This document shows positions 18,302 to 26,850 of a DNA stretch of 50,854 bases, in pieces (position 1 is the stretch's first letter; the number at the start of each line of letters is the position of its first letter). The notes below the pieces were generated by a model. It saw nothing but the letters and a program-made list of their open reading frames with translations, was not told the origin of the DNA and did not search any database. A program made the position numbers and the translations under genes. The stretch is from assembly GCA_031292335.1 (NCBI GenBank), contig JARLHH010000075.1, positions 1 through 50,854 of the forward strand, read 5' to 3'. Source of the DNA: Candidatus Limnocylindrales bacterium. GTDB taxonomy: Bacteria > Chloroflexota > Limnocylindria > Limnocylindrales > CSP1-4.

Positions 18302-19887
18302 GGCCGGAGTGTAGCGGAGGCCCGGCCGCGCGGCCCGTCCCAGCGAACCGGCAGCCCGGCCCCGGCCAGGGCCCGCCGGCGGCCCGCTTCGCTCGCCCCC
18401 ATGACGAGGATTCGGTCCATCTTCGTGGCCCGGCCGGCCTGGTCGCCCCACAGCTTCGTCATCTTCCGGGGTGCTGCCACCGGATCCAGGGCGATCCCGG
18501 CGAGCCGGTAGCCCTCGGGTTCCGCGGCCGCCTCCCAGGCCGCGTCCGCCAGCCCGATCCCGTCGCCGATCCGCTTGCCCCGGTCAGCCTCGACGTCGCC
18601 GATCACGACGACGACAACCGCGTCGTCCGCGAGCGCCGGTCGCAGGCCGGCCAGCGTCTCGCGCAGGAAGACCAGGTACGGGGCACGGCGATGGGCGTCG
18701 TCGAGCGTGCGGTCGATCTCGGCGGCGTCGAAGCCGAGGAACCAGGCGCGCAGCCAGTTGTAGTAGCCGTACTTGAGGACCCGGAGGTACGGCGGCGAGG
18801 TCACGACGAGCCGGGCGTGATCGGGGAGCGCACGGTCGCGCAGGGCGTCCTGCGCTCGCGACCCGGCATCCCGGGCGTCCCCCAGGAGCGCCAGCCCGCG
18901 GACCGCCGGGCGGCCGTCGCGATCGAGGCGCCCGAGCTTCTCGCCGAGGCAGGCGAACACGTCGCGCTCGGGTCCCCGGAACGTGGTTCGCCGGGCGAAG
19001 TCGCGCACGTAGCGTGGTGCCATGCTGAAGGTGTTCGGCATGAGGTCGGAGAGGTAGCTTCTGCTCTTGCCGTGAAGGATCCCGGTGAGCGCCGCGGCGA
19101 GGAACCGGTCCGTCCGGTCGGCGAGGTCGAGGCGGCTGCGCACGAACAGGAGCTGTCCCAGCGTGCGCGGGTGATAGGCGAGCGCCACCTCCAGCGGGAC
19201 CAGCTCGCCGCCTCCATGGACCGATGCTCCGGACCCCGCCCCGGGGACGGCGATGCCCGCCACCGGCACGGCGTGGCCGCCGCCACCGCTGCCCGGGCCC
19301 CCATCCGCGAGCGTCCGGCTGGCTGCCTCGGCGAGGCCGGCACCGAGCGCCTGCCACGCGTCAGCCTCGAACGACCAGTCGATCCGGAGCCGCGCCACGC
19401 GGGCCGCCGCCTCGCCGGCCGTGGGTGGATCGACCTTGGCGGCGGTGAGCACGTGGGCGAACGGGTTGAGGTCGTTGCCCACGCCCAGGCGCCCCTCCAC
19501 GCAGGCCTCGAGAGGCACCGTGCCTCGACCCGCGAACGGATCGAGGACCACGTCACCGGGGCGCGTGTAGCGCTCGATGAAGGCATGCGCGAGCGCCGCC
19601 GGGAAGCTGGCAAGATAGGAGCACATCGGGTGGAAGGCATGCCCCCACAGGCGGTCGCGATCCTTCCAGTCCGCCTCGATCGGGAGCCTGGGAAGCTCCC
19701 GGACGAGGTCCAGGCCCAGCTGGGCGGCCGCCGTCAGGTCGCGGACGCCGCGAAGCTCGATCGGCGGTCGCGCGCCGGCGGGCGCGGTTGCCCCGGCGAC
19801 GGGCATGGGATCGGCGACGAAGCTCGGGCGCGAGTGCGCGGCCACGCTGCCACCTCCGATCGCGCGGCACGGCTCGGACCGTCCCAC
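18298..19887 (-). CDS. DNA-methyltransferase-like protein (N4/N6 family), motif I before SPPY
   Basis: 529 aa. FHPMCSYLASFPAALAHAFIERYTRPGDVVLDPFAGRGT (AdoMet motif I, residues about 116-123). LVVTSPPY (catalytic motif IV, about 364-367). GTG 19887 is preceded by TGCTATGCT. ATG 19806 is the alternative start. Confidence 0.78.
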   Translation of the reverse strand: MGRSEPCRAIGGGSVAAHSRPSFVADPMPVAGATAPAGARPPIELRGVRDLTAAAQLGLDLVRELPRLPIEADWKDRDRLWGHAFHPMCSYLASFPAALAHAFIERYTRPGDVVLDPFAGRGTVPLEACVEGRLGVGNDLNPFAHVLTAAKVDPPTAGEAAARVARLRIDWSFEADAWQALGAGLAEAASRTLADGGPGSGGGGHAVPVAGIAVPGAGSGASVHGGGELVPLEVALAYHPRTLGQLLFVRSRLDLADRTDRFLAAALTGILHGKSRSYLSDLMPNTFSMAPRYVRDFARRTTFRGPERDVFACLGEKLGRLDRDGRPAVRGLALLGDARDAGSRAQDALRDRALPDHARLVVTSPPYLRVLKYGYYNWLRAWFLGFDAAEIDRTLDDAHRRAPYLVFLRETLAGLRPALADDAVVVVVIGDVEADRGKRIGDGIGLADAAWEAAAEPEGYRLAGIALDPVAAPRKMTKLWGDQAGRATKMDRILVMGASEAGRRRALAGAGLPVRWDGPRGRASATLRP

Positions 19888-19896
19888 GGGCCGCGG

Positions 19897-19902
19897 AGCA
19901 TA
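19897..19902 (-). promoter_or_regulatory. putative extended -10 TGCTATGCT, 9 nt before methyltransferase GTG 19887
   Basis: Read on the minus strand. Supports the long form of the ORF. Confidence 0.4.
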
Positions 19903-20010
19903 GCACGGGCGTTCGGTGCAGGTGGGTGCTCGAGCGTGTCCGCGGCGCGGTGCAGCTGCCTCGCGGACAGCGGCGGCGCGATTACCGGCCGAACCGGGTC
20001 ACATGTGGGC

Positions 20011-20016
20011 TACGCT
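20011..20016 (+). promoter_or_regulatory. putative -10 box TACGCT, 8 nt before the tRNA-Arg 5' end
   Basis: TANNNT hexamer. Implies a tRNA primary transcript with almost no 5' leader. Confidence 0.35.
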
Positions 20017-20024
20017 ACCAGCGC

Positions 20025-20100
20025 GCCCCCGTAGCTCAATGGATAGAGCGACCGGTTTCTACCCGGTTGGTTGCGGGTTCGACTCCTGCCGGGGGCGCCA
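20025..20100 (+). tRNA. tRNA-Arg (anticodon TCT), CCA encoded
   Basis: Hand-folded: acceptor GCCCCCG/CGGGGGC, D arm GCTC-AATGGATA-GAGC, anticodon stem ACCGG/CCGGT with loop TTTCTAC, and T arm GCGGG-TTCGACT-CCTGC. Confidence 0.9.
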
Positions 20101-20221
20101 GTGAGGCCAACGTCCCGATCGAGGTGCCGTCCGGCCCTCGCGAGGCGCGGCTGCAGGGTGGACACTCTGCCGGTTTGCCGGGTGCGCCTGGATGGCCGGC
20201 AGGAGCGATGGAGGATTCGGG

Positions 20222-21163
20222 ATGGCTCCAGGAGCGTTGGTCGCGAAGCGCGGGTTGCTGAAGGCGGCGACCATGCTGGCGACGGTGGTCCTTGTCGCCG
20301 GAGCGTGCAGCTCCAGCACGGCAAGCCCGCAGGCGAGCGCTCCCGCGCCGAGCGCCGCGGCCTCTGCGGCGGCGTCGCCGTCGGCGGGCCCGGCGGGCTC
20401 CACGAACCTGATCCTGGCCACGACCACCTCGCTGCAGGACTCGGGCCTGCTCGACGTCCTTGTGCCGGCGTTCGAGAAGGCGTCCGGCTACACCGTGAAG
20501 ACGGTCGCGGTCGGCACCGGGCAGGCGCTTACGATGGGCCAGCAGGGGAACGCCGACGTGCTCTTCGTTCATGCTCCCACCCAGGAGCAGGCGTTCATGG
20601 ACGCGGGCTGGGGCGTCGACCGCCGGCTCGTGGCCCACAACTACTTCTGGATCGTGGGCCCGGCTTCCGACCCCGCCGCGATCAGCGGCATGACCTCGGC
20701 CGTCGACGCCTTCAAGAAGATCGCGGCCTCGGGTGCGACCTTCGTGTCGCGGGGTGACAACTCCGGCACGAACACGAAGGAGCTGGCTCTCTGGAAGACT
20801 GCCGGGATCACGCCGAAGGGCAGCTGGTACATCGAGTCAGGGCAGGGGATGGGGGCGACGCTGCAGATCGCGTCGGAGAAAGCCGCCTACACGCTGACCG
20901 ACACCGCCACGTTCCTCTCCAACCAGGCGAACCTGGCGCTGAAGGCGCTCGTGAAGAGCGATTCGTCGCTCATCAACATCTACAGCGTGATCGCCGTCAA
21001 TCCCGCCAAGTGGCCGAAGGTCAACGTGGCCGGCGCGAAGGCGTTCGAGGACTACGTCACGGGGACCGCCGGCCAGCAGATCATCGCGACGTTCGGCATC
21101 GACACGTTCGGCATCGCGCTGTTCAACGCGGACGCCGGCAAGGACTACAGCTCGCTCCAGTAG
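20222..21163 (+). CDS. tupA: tungstate/molybdate ABC transporter substrate-binding lipoprotein (TupA-like)
   Basis: Lipobox LVAGACSS. Contains the conserved TTTS motif (LILATTTSLQDSGLL) characteristic of TupA. ATG 20222 is preceded by GGAGGA. ATG 20192 is the alternative. Confidence 0.75.
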   Translation: MAPGALVAKRGLLKAATMLATVVLVAGACSSSTASPQASAPAPSAAASAAASPSAGPAGSTNLILATTTSLQDSGLLDVLVPAFEKASGYTVKTVAVGTGQALTMGQQGNADVLFVHAPTQEQAFMDAGWGVDRRLVAHNYFWIVGPASDPAAISGMTSAVDAFKKIAASGATFVSRGDNSGTNTKELALWKTAGITPKGSWYIESGQGMGATLQIASEKAAYTLTDTATFLSNQANLALKALVKSDSSLINIYSVIAVNPAKWPKVNVAGAKAFEDYVTGTAGQQIIATFGIDTFGIALFNADAGKDYSSLQ

Positions 21164-21179
21164 GCGGCTGCGATCGACC

Positions 21180-21872
21180 ATGGCCTCGCTCGCCGACCAG
21201 GTTCAGCAGCTGCTCCAGGGCCTGGCCGGTGCCGACCTGGTCGAGATCACCCTGCTGTCGCTGGCCGTTTCGGGCCTGGCGACCGCGATCAGCCTGCTCA
21301 TCGGCGTGCCGATCGGGACCTGGCTGGCGCTCTCGCGGTTTCGGAGTCGCGGGCTCGCGATCACCGTCGTCAACACCGGCATGGCCCTGCCGCCTGTGGT
21401 CGTCGGCCTGGCCGTCGCCTTCGCGCTCTGGCGGAGCGGCCCGCTCGGCGACCTGAGCCTCATGTACACGCCGTCGGCGATGGTGGTCGCCGAGGTGATC
21501 ATCGCCACGCCGGTGATCCTGGGCCTGACCGTCGCCGCGCTCGGGCAGCTGGACCCGCGGCTGCGCCTGCAGATCATGGGGCTGGGGGCCTCGCGCTGGC
21601 AGACGGTCTGGTGGCTCTGGCGCGAGGCGCGCCTGCCGCTGCTGGCCGCGCTGATGGCGGGCTTCGGCAGCGTCATCTCCGAGGTTGGGGCGGCGATGAT
21701 GGTCGGGGGCAACATCCTGCACCAGACGCGCGTGCTGACCACCGCGATCGTGCTGGACGTCAGCCGGGGCGACTTCGGCCAGGCTGTCGCGCTGGGAGTC
21801 GTCCTGCTGACCCTCGCGTTCCTCGTCAACGGGGTGCTGACCTGGGCACAGCAGCGCCGACCCCGGCACTAG
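21180..21872 (+). CDS. tupB: ABC transporter permease (TupB-like)
   Basis: 230-aa multi-pass membrane protein immediately after tupA. The size and position fit TupB. Confidence 0.78.
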   Translation: MASLADQVQQLLQGLAGADLVEITLLSLAVSGLATAISLLIGVPIGTWLALSRFRSRGLAITVVNTGMALPPVVVGLAVAFALWRSGPLGDLSLMYTPSAMVVAEVIIATPVILGLTVAALGQLDPRLRLQIMGLGASRWQTVWWLWREARLPLLAALMAGFGSVISEVGAAMMVGGNILHQTRVLTTAIVLDVSRGDFGQAVALGVVLLTLAFLVNGVLTWAQQRRPRH

Positions 21873-21882
21873 GAGCCGGCCG

Positions 21883-23019
21883 ATGACCGTGCTCCCGTCA
21901 CGCTCGAGCCCCGGGGCCGCCCCGCCGCTGCTCGTCGAGGTCCGCGACCTCGTCGTGGTTCGCGGCGCCCGCCCGGTGCTGACCATCGACGAGCTGGCCG
22001 TCGCGGACCGGGAGACGCTCAGCGTGGTCGGACCGAACGGGGCCGGCAAGAGCACGCTGATCCTGGCCCTGGCGCGACTGGTGCGCCCGGCCCGCGGGCA
22101 GCTGCTGTTCCGGGGGTTGCCGGTGGAGCCTCGCGACGAGCTCGGCTACCGACGACGGATCGGCCTGGTCCTGCCTGACCCGCTCCTGCTCGACACGTCG
22201 GTGGCCGCGAACGTCGCCGCGGGCCTCCGCTTCCGCGGGATCTCCGCCGCTCGGGCCCGCCCGCGGGTCGACGAGTGGCTCGGACGGCTCGGGGTCGAGC
22301 ACCTGGCTCGCCGGCCGGCCCGCCAGATCTCGTCCGGCGAAGCCCAGCGCGTCAGCCTGGCCCGGGCGCTCGTGCTCGAACCGGACCTTCTCCTGCTCGA
22401 CGAGCCGTTCGCGTCGGTCGATCCGGCGACCCGGTCGAAGCTGGTCGACGACTTCGAGCAGCTCCAGCGCGAGACCCACGTGGCATGCGTGATCGTGACC
22501 CACGACCTGGACGAGGCAGTCCGCCTGGGCGACCGGATGGCCGTCGTGGTCGCCGGGCGGCTGCGCCAGTGCGACACGCCGGAGCGTGTCCTGTCCGAGC
22601 CGCTCGACGAGGACGTGGCGGCATTCGTCGGCGCCGAGACCCGCATCCCGGGCCGCGTCGTGTCCGCCTCCGATGGGCTCGCCGTGGTCGAGCTTGGCGC
22701 GTGCCGGATCGAGGCCGTCTCCGCGGTGCGGCCGGGACGCTCGGTCCTGTGCTGCCTGCGCCCGGAGGACGTGACGCTGCTGGCGGCCGGTGGCGGATCG
22801 CCGGCGCGTCCGACTTCGAGTGCCCGGAACCGGCTGCCCGGTCGCGTCTCCCGGATGGTGACGCAGGGGTCGCTGGTGCGGGTGAGTGTCGACTGTGGCG
22901 TTCCGCTCATCGCGTCGATCACCCGAGCGTCGGCGATCGAGATGGGGCTCGTCGAAGGTGGTGGAGTCGTGGCGACGTTCAAGGCATCGGCGGTCCACCT
23001 GATCCCGCTGGCAGGCTGA
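21883..23019 (+). CDS. tupC: ABC transporter ATP-binding protein with C-terminal TOBE-like domain (TupC-like)
   Basis: Walker A GPNGAGKST, signature ISSGEAQRV and Walker B LLLLDEPFASVD. A C-terminal extension of about 120 aa resembles transport-associated OB (TOBE) domains. AGGAG precedes the ATG. Confidence 0.82.
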   Translation: MTVLPSRSSPGAAPPLLVEVRDLVVVRGARPVLTIDELAVADRETLSVVGPNGAGKSTLILALARLVRPARGQLLFRGLPVEPRDELGYRRRIGLVLPDPLLLDTSVAANVAAGLRFRGISAARARPRVDEWLGRLGVEHLARRPARQISSGEAQRVSLARALVLEPDLLLLDEPFASVDPATRSKLVDDFEQLQRETHVACVIVTHDLDEAVRLGDRMAVVVAGRLRQCDTPERVLSEPLDEDVAAFVGAETRIPGRVVSASDGLAVVELGACRIEAVSAVRPGRSVLCCLRPEDVTLLAAGGGSPARPTSSARNRLPGRVSRMVTQGSLVRVSVDCGVPLIASITRASAIEMGLVEGGGVVATFKASAVHLIPLAG

Positions 23020-23192
23020 CGCGAAGCCGGCTCCGCGTCCCGCCCCGGGTCCGCCGTACAACCCTCCTAGACCGAAGGTACGGCTTGGCGCGCGCCCGTA
23101 CCGACCTCTACGCTCCCCATCGAAGCGGGTCGCACCCTACCTGTCACCACCACGAACCAGATGCGACCGCCACCGATCAGGCGAGGAACCGA

Positions 23193-23384
23193 ATGGCCGT
23201 CAGCGAGCTTGGACCGCTCCTCACCGCGAGCGAGGTCGCGGAGATGCTCCATCTCCACGTCAACACCGTGAAGCGCCTGGGAGACCGCGGCGAGCTCCCG
23301 TTCTTCCGCGTCTGCCGGCGGGGCGACCGACGCTTCCGGCTCGCGGACGTGATGACATTCCTGGCCGACAGCCGCCGCCAGTAG
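23193..23384 (+). CDS. small excisionase/MerR-superfamily helix-turn-helix protein (63 aa)
   Basis: LLTASEVAEMLHLHVNTVKRLGDRGELPFFRV...RRFRLADV is typical of HTH_17/Xis-type DNA-binding domains. GAGGA precedes ATG 23193. Only the tail of ORF 22275..23384 looks real. Confidence 0.7.
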   Translation: MAVSELGPLLTASEVAEMLHLHVNTVKRLGDRGELPFFRVCRRGDRRFRLADVMTFLADSRRQ

Positions 23385-23481
23385 CCGGCGCAACGGAACG
23401 CCGACCGGCACGGAGCCGGCCGGACGGAGCGCCGACCAGGTCGCAGCCGGCCGGCACGCCCACCCGGCGGCGATCAGCCCG

Positions 23482-24819
23482 TCAGATCCGGCCGGCTTCC
23501 GGGTGCGCGGGCAGCTCGCGGAGCACCCGGCCGAAGACGCCGAGCGCCTCGTCGATCTCGTCCGGCGTCACGTTGAGCGGCGCGATCCAGCGGATCACGT
23601 TGTGCTCGACGCCGCAGGAGATCAGCAGCAGGCCTGCGTCGGCGCAACCCTGGATGACCGCTTCGCAGAGCGACCCGTCCGGCTCTCGCGTGGCAGGGTC
23701 GCGCACGAACTCCACGCCGATCATCAGCCCCAGCCCGCGGACGTCGCCGATGCGCGGGTCGCCGGCCGCGATCGTGCGCAGGCCGGCCATGAGCTCCGCT
23801 CCGCGCGCCGCGCTGTTCTCCACGAGCCGCTCGGCGCGGATCGTCTCGAGCACCGCGATCCCGGCGGCGCAGCTGACCGGGTTGCCGCCGAACGTGGTCC
23901 CGTGGGCGCTCTTGCCCCACCGCTCCTGGAGCGCCTTCGAGGTCGCGATCGCGGAGAGCGGCAGGCCATTCGCGATCGCCTTGGCCATGCAGACGACGTC
24001 CGGGACGATCCCCGCGTGCTCGAACGACCACATGCGCCCGGTCCGCCCGAAGCCGGCCTGGACCTCGTCCGCGATGAGCAGGATGCCGTGGTCGTCGCAG
24101 ATCTCCCGGAGCGCCCGCAGGAACGTGGGCGGGGCCGGGATGTAGCCGCCTTCGCCCTGGACCGGCTCCAGGATCATGGCCGCCACCGCGGAGGGCGGGA
24201 TGGTGGTGGCGAGCAGGTCGCGGAGGTGCTTGAGCGAGACCTCCACCGCCCGTTCCTCGTCGCCCGCGAACTCGCGGTAGACGGACGGGAAGGGGCTCAG
24301 GTAGACGCCCGGCAGGAGGGGCTCGTAGCCCTGCCGGTAGTTGATGTTGGAGCTCGTGATGCTCGCGGCGCCGATCGTGCGACCGTGGAACCCGCCCCGG
24401 AAGGCGATGATCCCGGGCCGACCGGTGACCCGTCGGGCCAGCTTGAGGGCGGCCTCGATCGCCTCCGAGCCCGAGTTCATGAAGAAGACCGAGTCGAGCG
24501 ACTCGGGCAGGAACTCGGCCAGCAGCCTGGCGTGGCGGACGGTCGATTCCGCGTAGCCCATCGCCGCGCAGGGCGCGATGAGCGCGTCCACCTGGGCGTG
24601 GATGGCGGCGGTCACGGCCGGGTGGCGGTGCCCCAGGACGCTCACGGCGATGCCGTTCGCGAAGTCCAGGTAGGCCTTGCCGCTCGTGTCGTACAGGTGG
24701 TGGCCCTCGCCGCGCGCCCACGACCGCTCGAAGTAGCGACCGAGGACCGGGGTGAGGTTGGCGGCCGCGAGCGCGGCGAGGTCGAGGCCTGAGGTGGCCT
24801 GGGCGGTCAGGGTGTCCAT
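23482..24819 (-). CDS. class III pyridoxal-phosphate aminotransferase (4-aminobutyrate/omega-aminotransferase-like)
   Basis: 445 aa. Motifs DEVQAGFGRTG and CMAKAIANG (PLP lysine), with overall GabT-like organisation. GAGGA precedes the ATG. Confidence 0.9.
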   Translation of the reverse strand: MDTLTAQATSGLDLAALAAANLTPVLGRYFERSWARGEGHHLYDTSGKAYLDFANGIAVSVLGHRHPAVTAAIHAQVDALIAPCAAMGYAESTVRHARLLAEFLPESLDSVFFMNSGSEAIEAALKLARRVTGRPGIIAFRGGFHGRTIGAASITSSNINYRQGYEPLLPGVYLSPFPSVYREFAGDEERAVEVSLKHLRDLLATTIPPSAVAAMILEPVQGEGGYIPAPPTFLRALREICDDHGILLIADEVQAGFGRTGRMWSFEHAGIVPDVVCMAKAIANGLPLSAIATSKALQERWGKSAHGTTFGGNPVSCAAGIAVLETIRAERLVENSAARGAELMAGLRTIAAGDPRIGDVRGLGLMIGVEFVRDPATREPDGSLCEAVIQGCADAGLLLISCGVEHNVIRWIAPLNVTPDEIDEALGVFGRVLRELPAHPEAGRI

Positions 24820-24888
24820 GGCTGGGTCCTCGGGTACGTCGCCGGCCGGGCCGGGTCAGATCGGGCGGGCTGCGGCGGACCGGGCCCG

Positions 24889-24894
24889 AGTATA
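24889..24894 (-). promoter_or_regulatory. putative -10 box TATACT for the aminotransferase gene (about 60-nt leader with GAGGA)
   Basis: Read on the minus strand within GATATACT. It is the only A/T-rich hexamer in the upstream region. Confidence 0.35.
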
Positions 24895-25024
24895 TCGGGC
24901 GGGCGTGGGGTCCCGGAGGTGCGGCCGGCCCGGCCGGGTGGGGCTGCCCGGGTCCGCGGAGCCAGTTGCCATTCGCGGGAGCGGCGACGTGCCGCCATCG
25001 CGCGACTCGGCGCGGGTTGGACGG

Positions 25025-25052
25025 CCGCTTCGGCGTGCGCCCGCTTCGGCGT
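25025..25052 (+). repeat. direct repeat CCGCTTCGGCGT x2 (16-nt period) ending in a TAGCAT box
   Basis: Copies at 25025-25036 and 25041-25052. TAGCAT lies at 25052-25057. Confidence 0.5.
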
Positions 25053-25195
25053 AGCATCCGCGACGACAACAACCGACTGCCGAGGCACGCACCCGTGACC
25101 GAGCTGTCCCGTACCGAGGAGAACCGGCCTGTCCGCGAGCTGAGCTCGCTGACGAGGGTGCACGCGACGGAGCGAGCGGCGCTCGGCGGGCGCCG

Positions 25196-25471
25196 GTGAG
25201 CGGTGCCCGCGCCTCGGCCGTGCAGCTCCGCGGACGAGTGGCGGACGCCTGGGCGCGGGGAAGTCTCTCCCGGCGTGCAGCGATCGTGGCGGGCGGCACG
25301 GTCACCCTGGCGCTCGCGGGGGCGTTCCTGTTCGGGGCCTGGCACGTGCTGTTCGGCTGGCTGGTGAAGGGCAACCCCCGCGCCGGCGCGTTCGGGGTCG
25401 CGCTGGCGGCCGTCTCCGCGGCGCTGCTCTGGCTGGAGGCTCGCCTGCTCCGGCGCCGCTTCTCGCGCTGA
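25196..25471 (+). CDS. hypothetical small membrane protein (91 aa, two predicted helices)
   Basis: GC-rich third positions. Two hydrophobic segments (IVAGGTVTLALAGAFLFGAW and AFGVALAAVSAALLWL). GTG start overlaps the stop of a possible 34-codon upstream ORF. No family recognised. Confidence 0.35.
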   Translation: MSGARASAVQLRGRVADAWARGSLSRRAAIVAGGTVTLALAGAFLFGAWHVLFGWLVKGNPRAGAFGVALAAVSAALLWLEARLLRRRFSR

Positions 25472-25808
25472 CCGCCCGCATGTTCCGGGGCCAAGAAGGC
25501 CTTAGCCGCCGCCACGCGGCCAGCGCGGCCACCCGTCCCGCGGCCACGACCCTCATACGCTGGTCGCCACCGGCGAACAGAACCGCCGCGTCAAGCAGGC
25601 GCGTCCGCCACGATCCACGCGCTGCCCGGCCTTGCTCGCCAGGCACGAACGAACCTGATAGAAGCGGCCGCGTGCGGGTTCGTGAACGTCCCGCATCGCC
25701 CTTCTGCTCTCATCCCGCGACGCGCTCGGCACGCCGATCGCGTGGAAGCTGGCCACCCGAAGGCGGTCGGCACGCGAACGGGACAGGGCCGATCCTCCCC
25801 GGCCATGG

Positions 25809-26765
25809 TCAGGTCGCCTCGACGACTTCCTCCGGCCTGGGCGGTGCCGGCTCACGCCCGCGCGTCCAGACGATGATCGCGACCGCGACGATGATGACCA
25901 GGCCGGCGAGCCCCGTCCGGGCCGTCACCGGCTCGCCCAGGATCAGGGCGCCCAGGGCGACCGCCACGATGGGGTTGACGTAGGCGTAGGTCGCGACGAG
26001 CGGGAGCGGGGCGACCCGGAGCAGCCAGGCGTAGGCGGTGAAGCCGATCAGCGACCCGGCCGTGATGAGGTAGGCCACGGCAACCGCGCTCCCCGGCGTG
26101 ACGTTCGCGAGGCGGAATCCGGACAGCTCGCCGGTGGCGAGCGAGACGACCGCGAACATCACCCCGGCGCAGAGCATCTGCATCGCGACCCCCACGAGCG
26201 GCCGCGCCGGCAGGTGGGCGCGAGCGCTGTACAGCGAGCCGGTCGCCCAGAGGACCGGCGAGCCGAGCAGGATGACAACGCCCGTCCCGTCGACCGGCGC
26301 GCTTCCGCCGGCCGGCCACACGAGCACGCCGACGCCGGCGAACCCCAGCGCGATACCGCCCAGCGCCGACCAGGACAGGCGCAGGTTGAAGAAGAGCCGG
26401 CCGAGGATCGCCACCCAGAGCGGGAGCGTCGCGATGAGCAGCGCCGCGATCCCCGATGCGACGGTCGTCTCCCCGAGCATGACGAGCCCGTTGCCGCCGA
26501 GCAGCAGGAAGCCGCCGATGATCGCGGCGTCGCGCCACTCGCGCCGCCCGGGCCGGGCCTCGCCGGGACGTCCGCGCGCGGTGGCGAGGTACAGAAGGGA
26601 TCCGGCGACCAGGAAGCGGATCGACCCCATCGCGAACGGTGGGATCGTCTCGACGGCGACGCGGATGGCAAGGTACGTGGAGCCCCAGATAAGGTAGAGG
26701 GCCGCGAGCGCAAGCGCCACCCGCGAGCCGGGCGCACCCAGCGCGCCTCGGGAGTCCGTTGCCAT
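25809..26765 (-). CDS. EamA/DMT family transporter
   Basis: About 318-aa, ten-helix membrane protein with the LIWGSTYLAIR EamA signature. Start moved to ATG 26765 inside ORF 25809..26894. Confidence 0.85.
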   Translation of the reverse strand: MATDSRGALGAPGSRVALALAALYLIWGSTYLAIRVAVETIPPFAMGSIRFLVAGSLLYLATARGRPGEARPGRREWRDAAIIGGFLLLGGNGLVMLGETTVASGIAALLIATLPLWVAILGRLFFNLRLSWSALGGIALGFAGVGVLVWPAGGSAPVDGTGVVILLGSPVLWATGSLYSARAHLPARPLVGVAMQMLCAGVMFAVVSLATGELSGFRLANVTPGSAVAVAYLITAGSLIGFTAYAWLLRVAPLPLVATYAYVNPIVAVALGALILGEPVTARTGLAGLVIIVAVAIIVWTRGREPAPPRPEEVVEAT

Positions 26766-26850
26766 GCCGCAAGGATGCCAGCCGGATCGGAGCCCCGCTG
26801 GTGGGAGGCGTTCCACTGCGGCTCGTCGGGCATGCGACAATCGCGGCGAG

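Noticed and set aside
18074-19887. Complete restriction-modification or BREX/DISARM-like defence system around the methyltransferase
   Set aside because: No neighbouring ORF has nuclease, helicase, ATPase or phosphatase motifs. The only partners are a 75-aa and a 109-aa protein, so it is reported only as an orphan methyltransferase with a coupled small ORF.
14962-20100. Genomic island or integrative element between tRNA-Glu and tRNA-Arg, or 3' of any of the three tRNAs
   Set aside because: There is no integrase, recombinase or transposase gene. I found no direct repeat of a tRNA 3' end, and there is no visible compositional shift. The intervening genes (DUF1611, the epimerase and the methyltransferase) have the same GC-rich codon style as the rest of the window.
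20101-20221. Moco/tungsten-cofactor riboswitch in the tupA leader
   Set aside because: I could not match the leader to the conserved elements of the Moco RNA motif from memory. A covariance-model scan is needed before any claim.
25090-25172. Fourth copy of the palindromic repeat family (shares GGTGCACGCGAC and GACGAGG with copy A)
   Set aside because: The shared words are only 8-12 nt long. Matches of that length to a 150-nt GC-rich query are expected by chance several times in 50 kb.
25472-25808. 337-nt convergent gap after the small membrane ORF and the EamA gene, as a possible sRNA locus
   Set aside because: It contains one plausible hairpin (TGCGGG...CCCGCA near 25670-25695) followed by a pyrimidine-rich run, but nothing more specific. 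The ORF-track candidates there are not protein-like, so the evidence is insufficient for a call.
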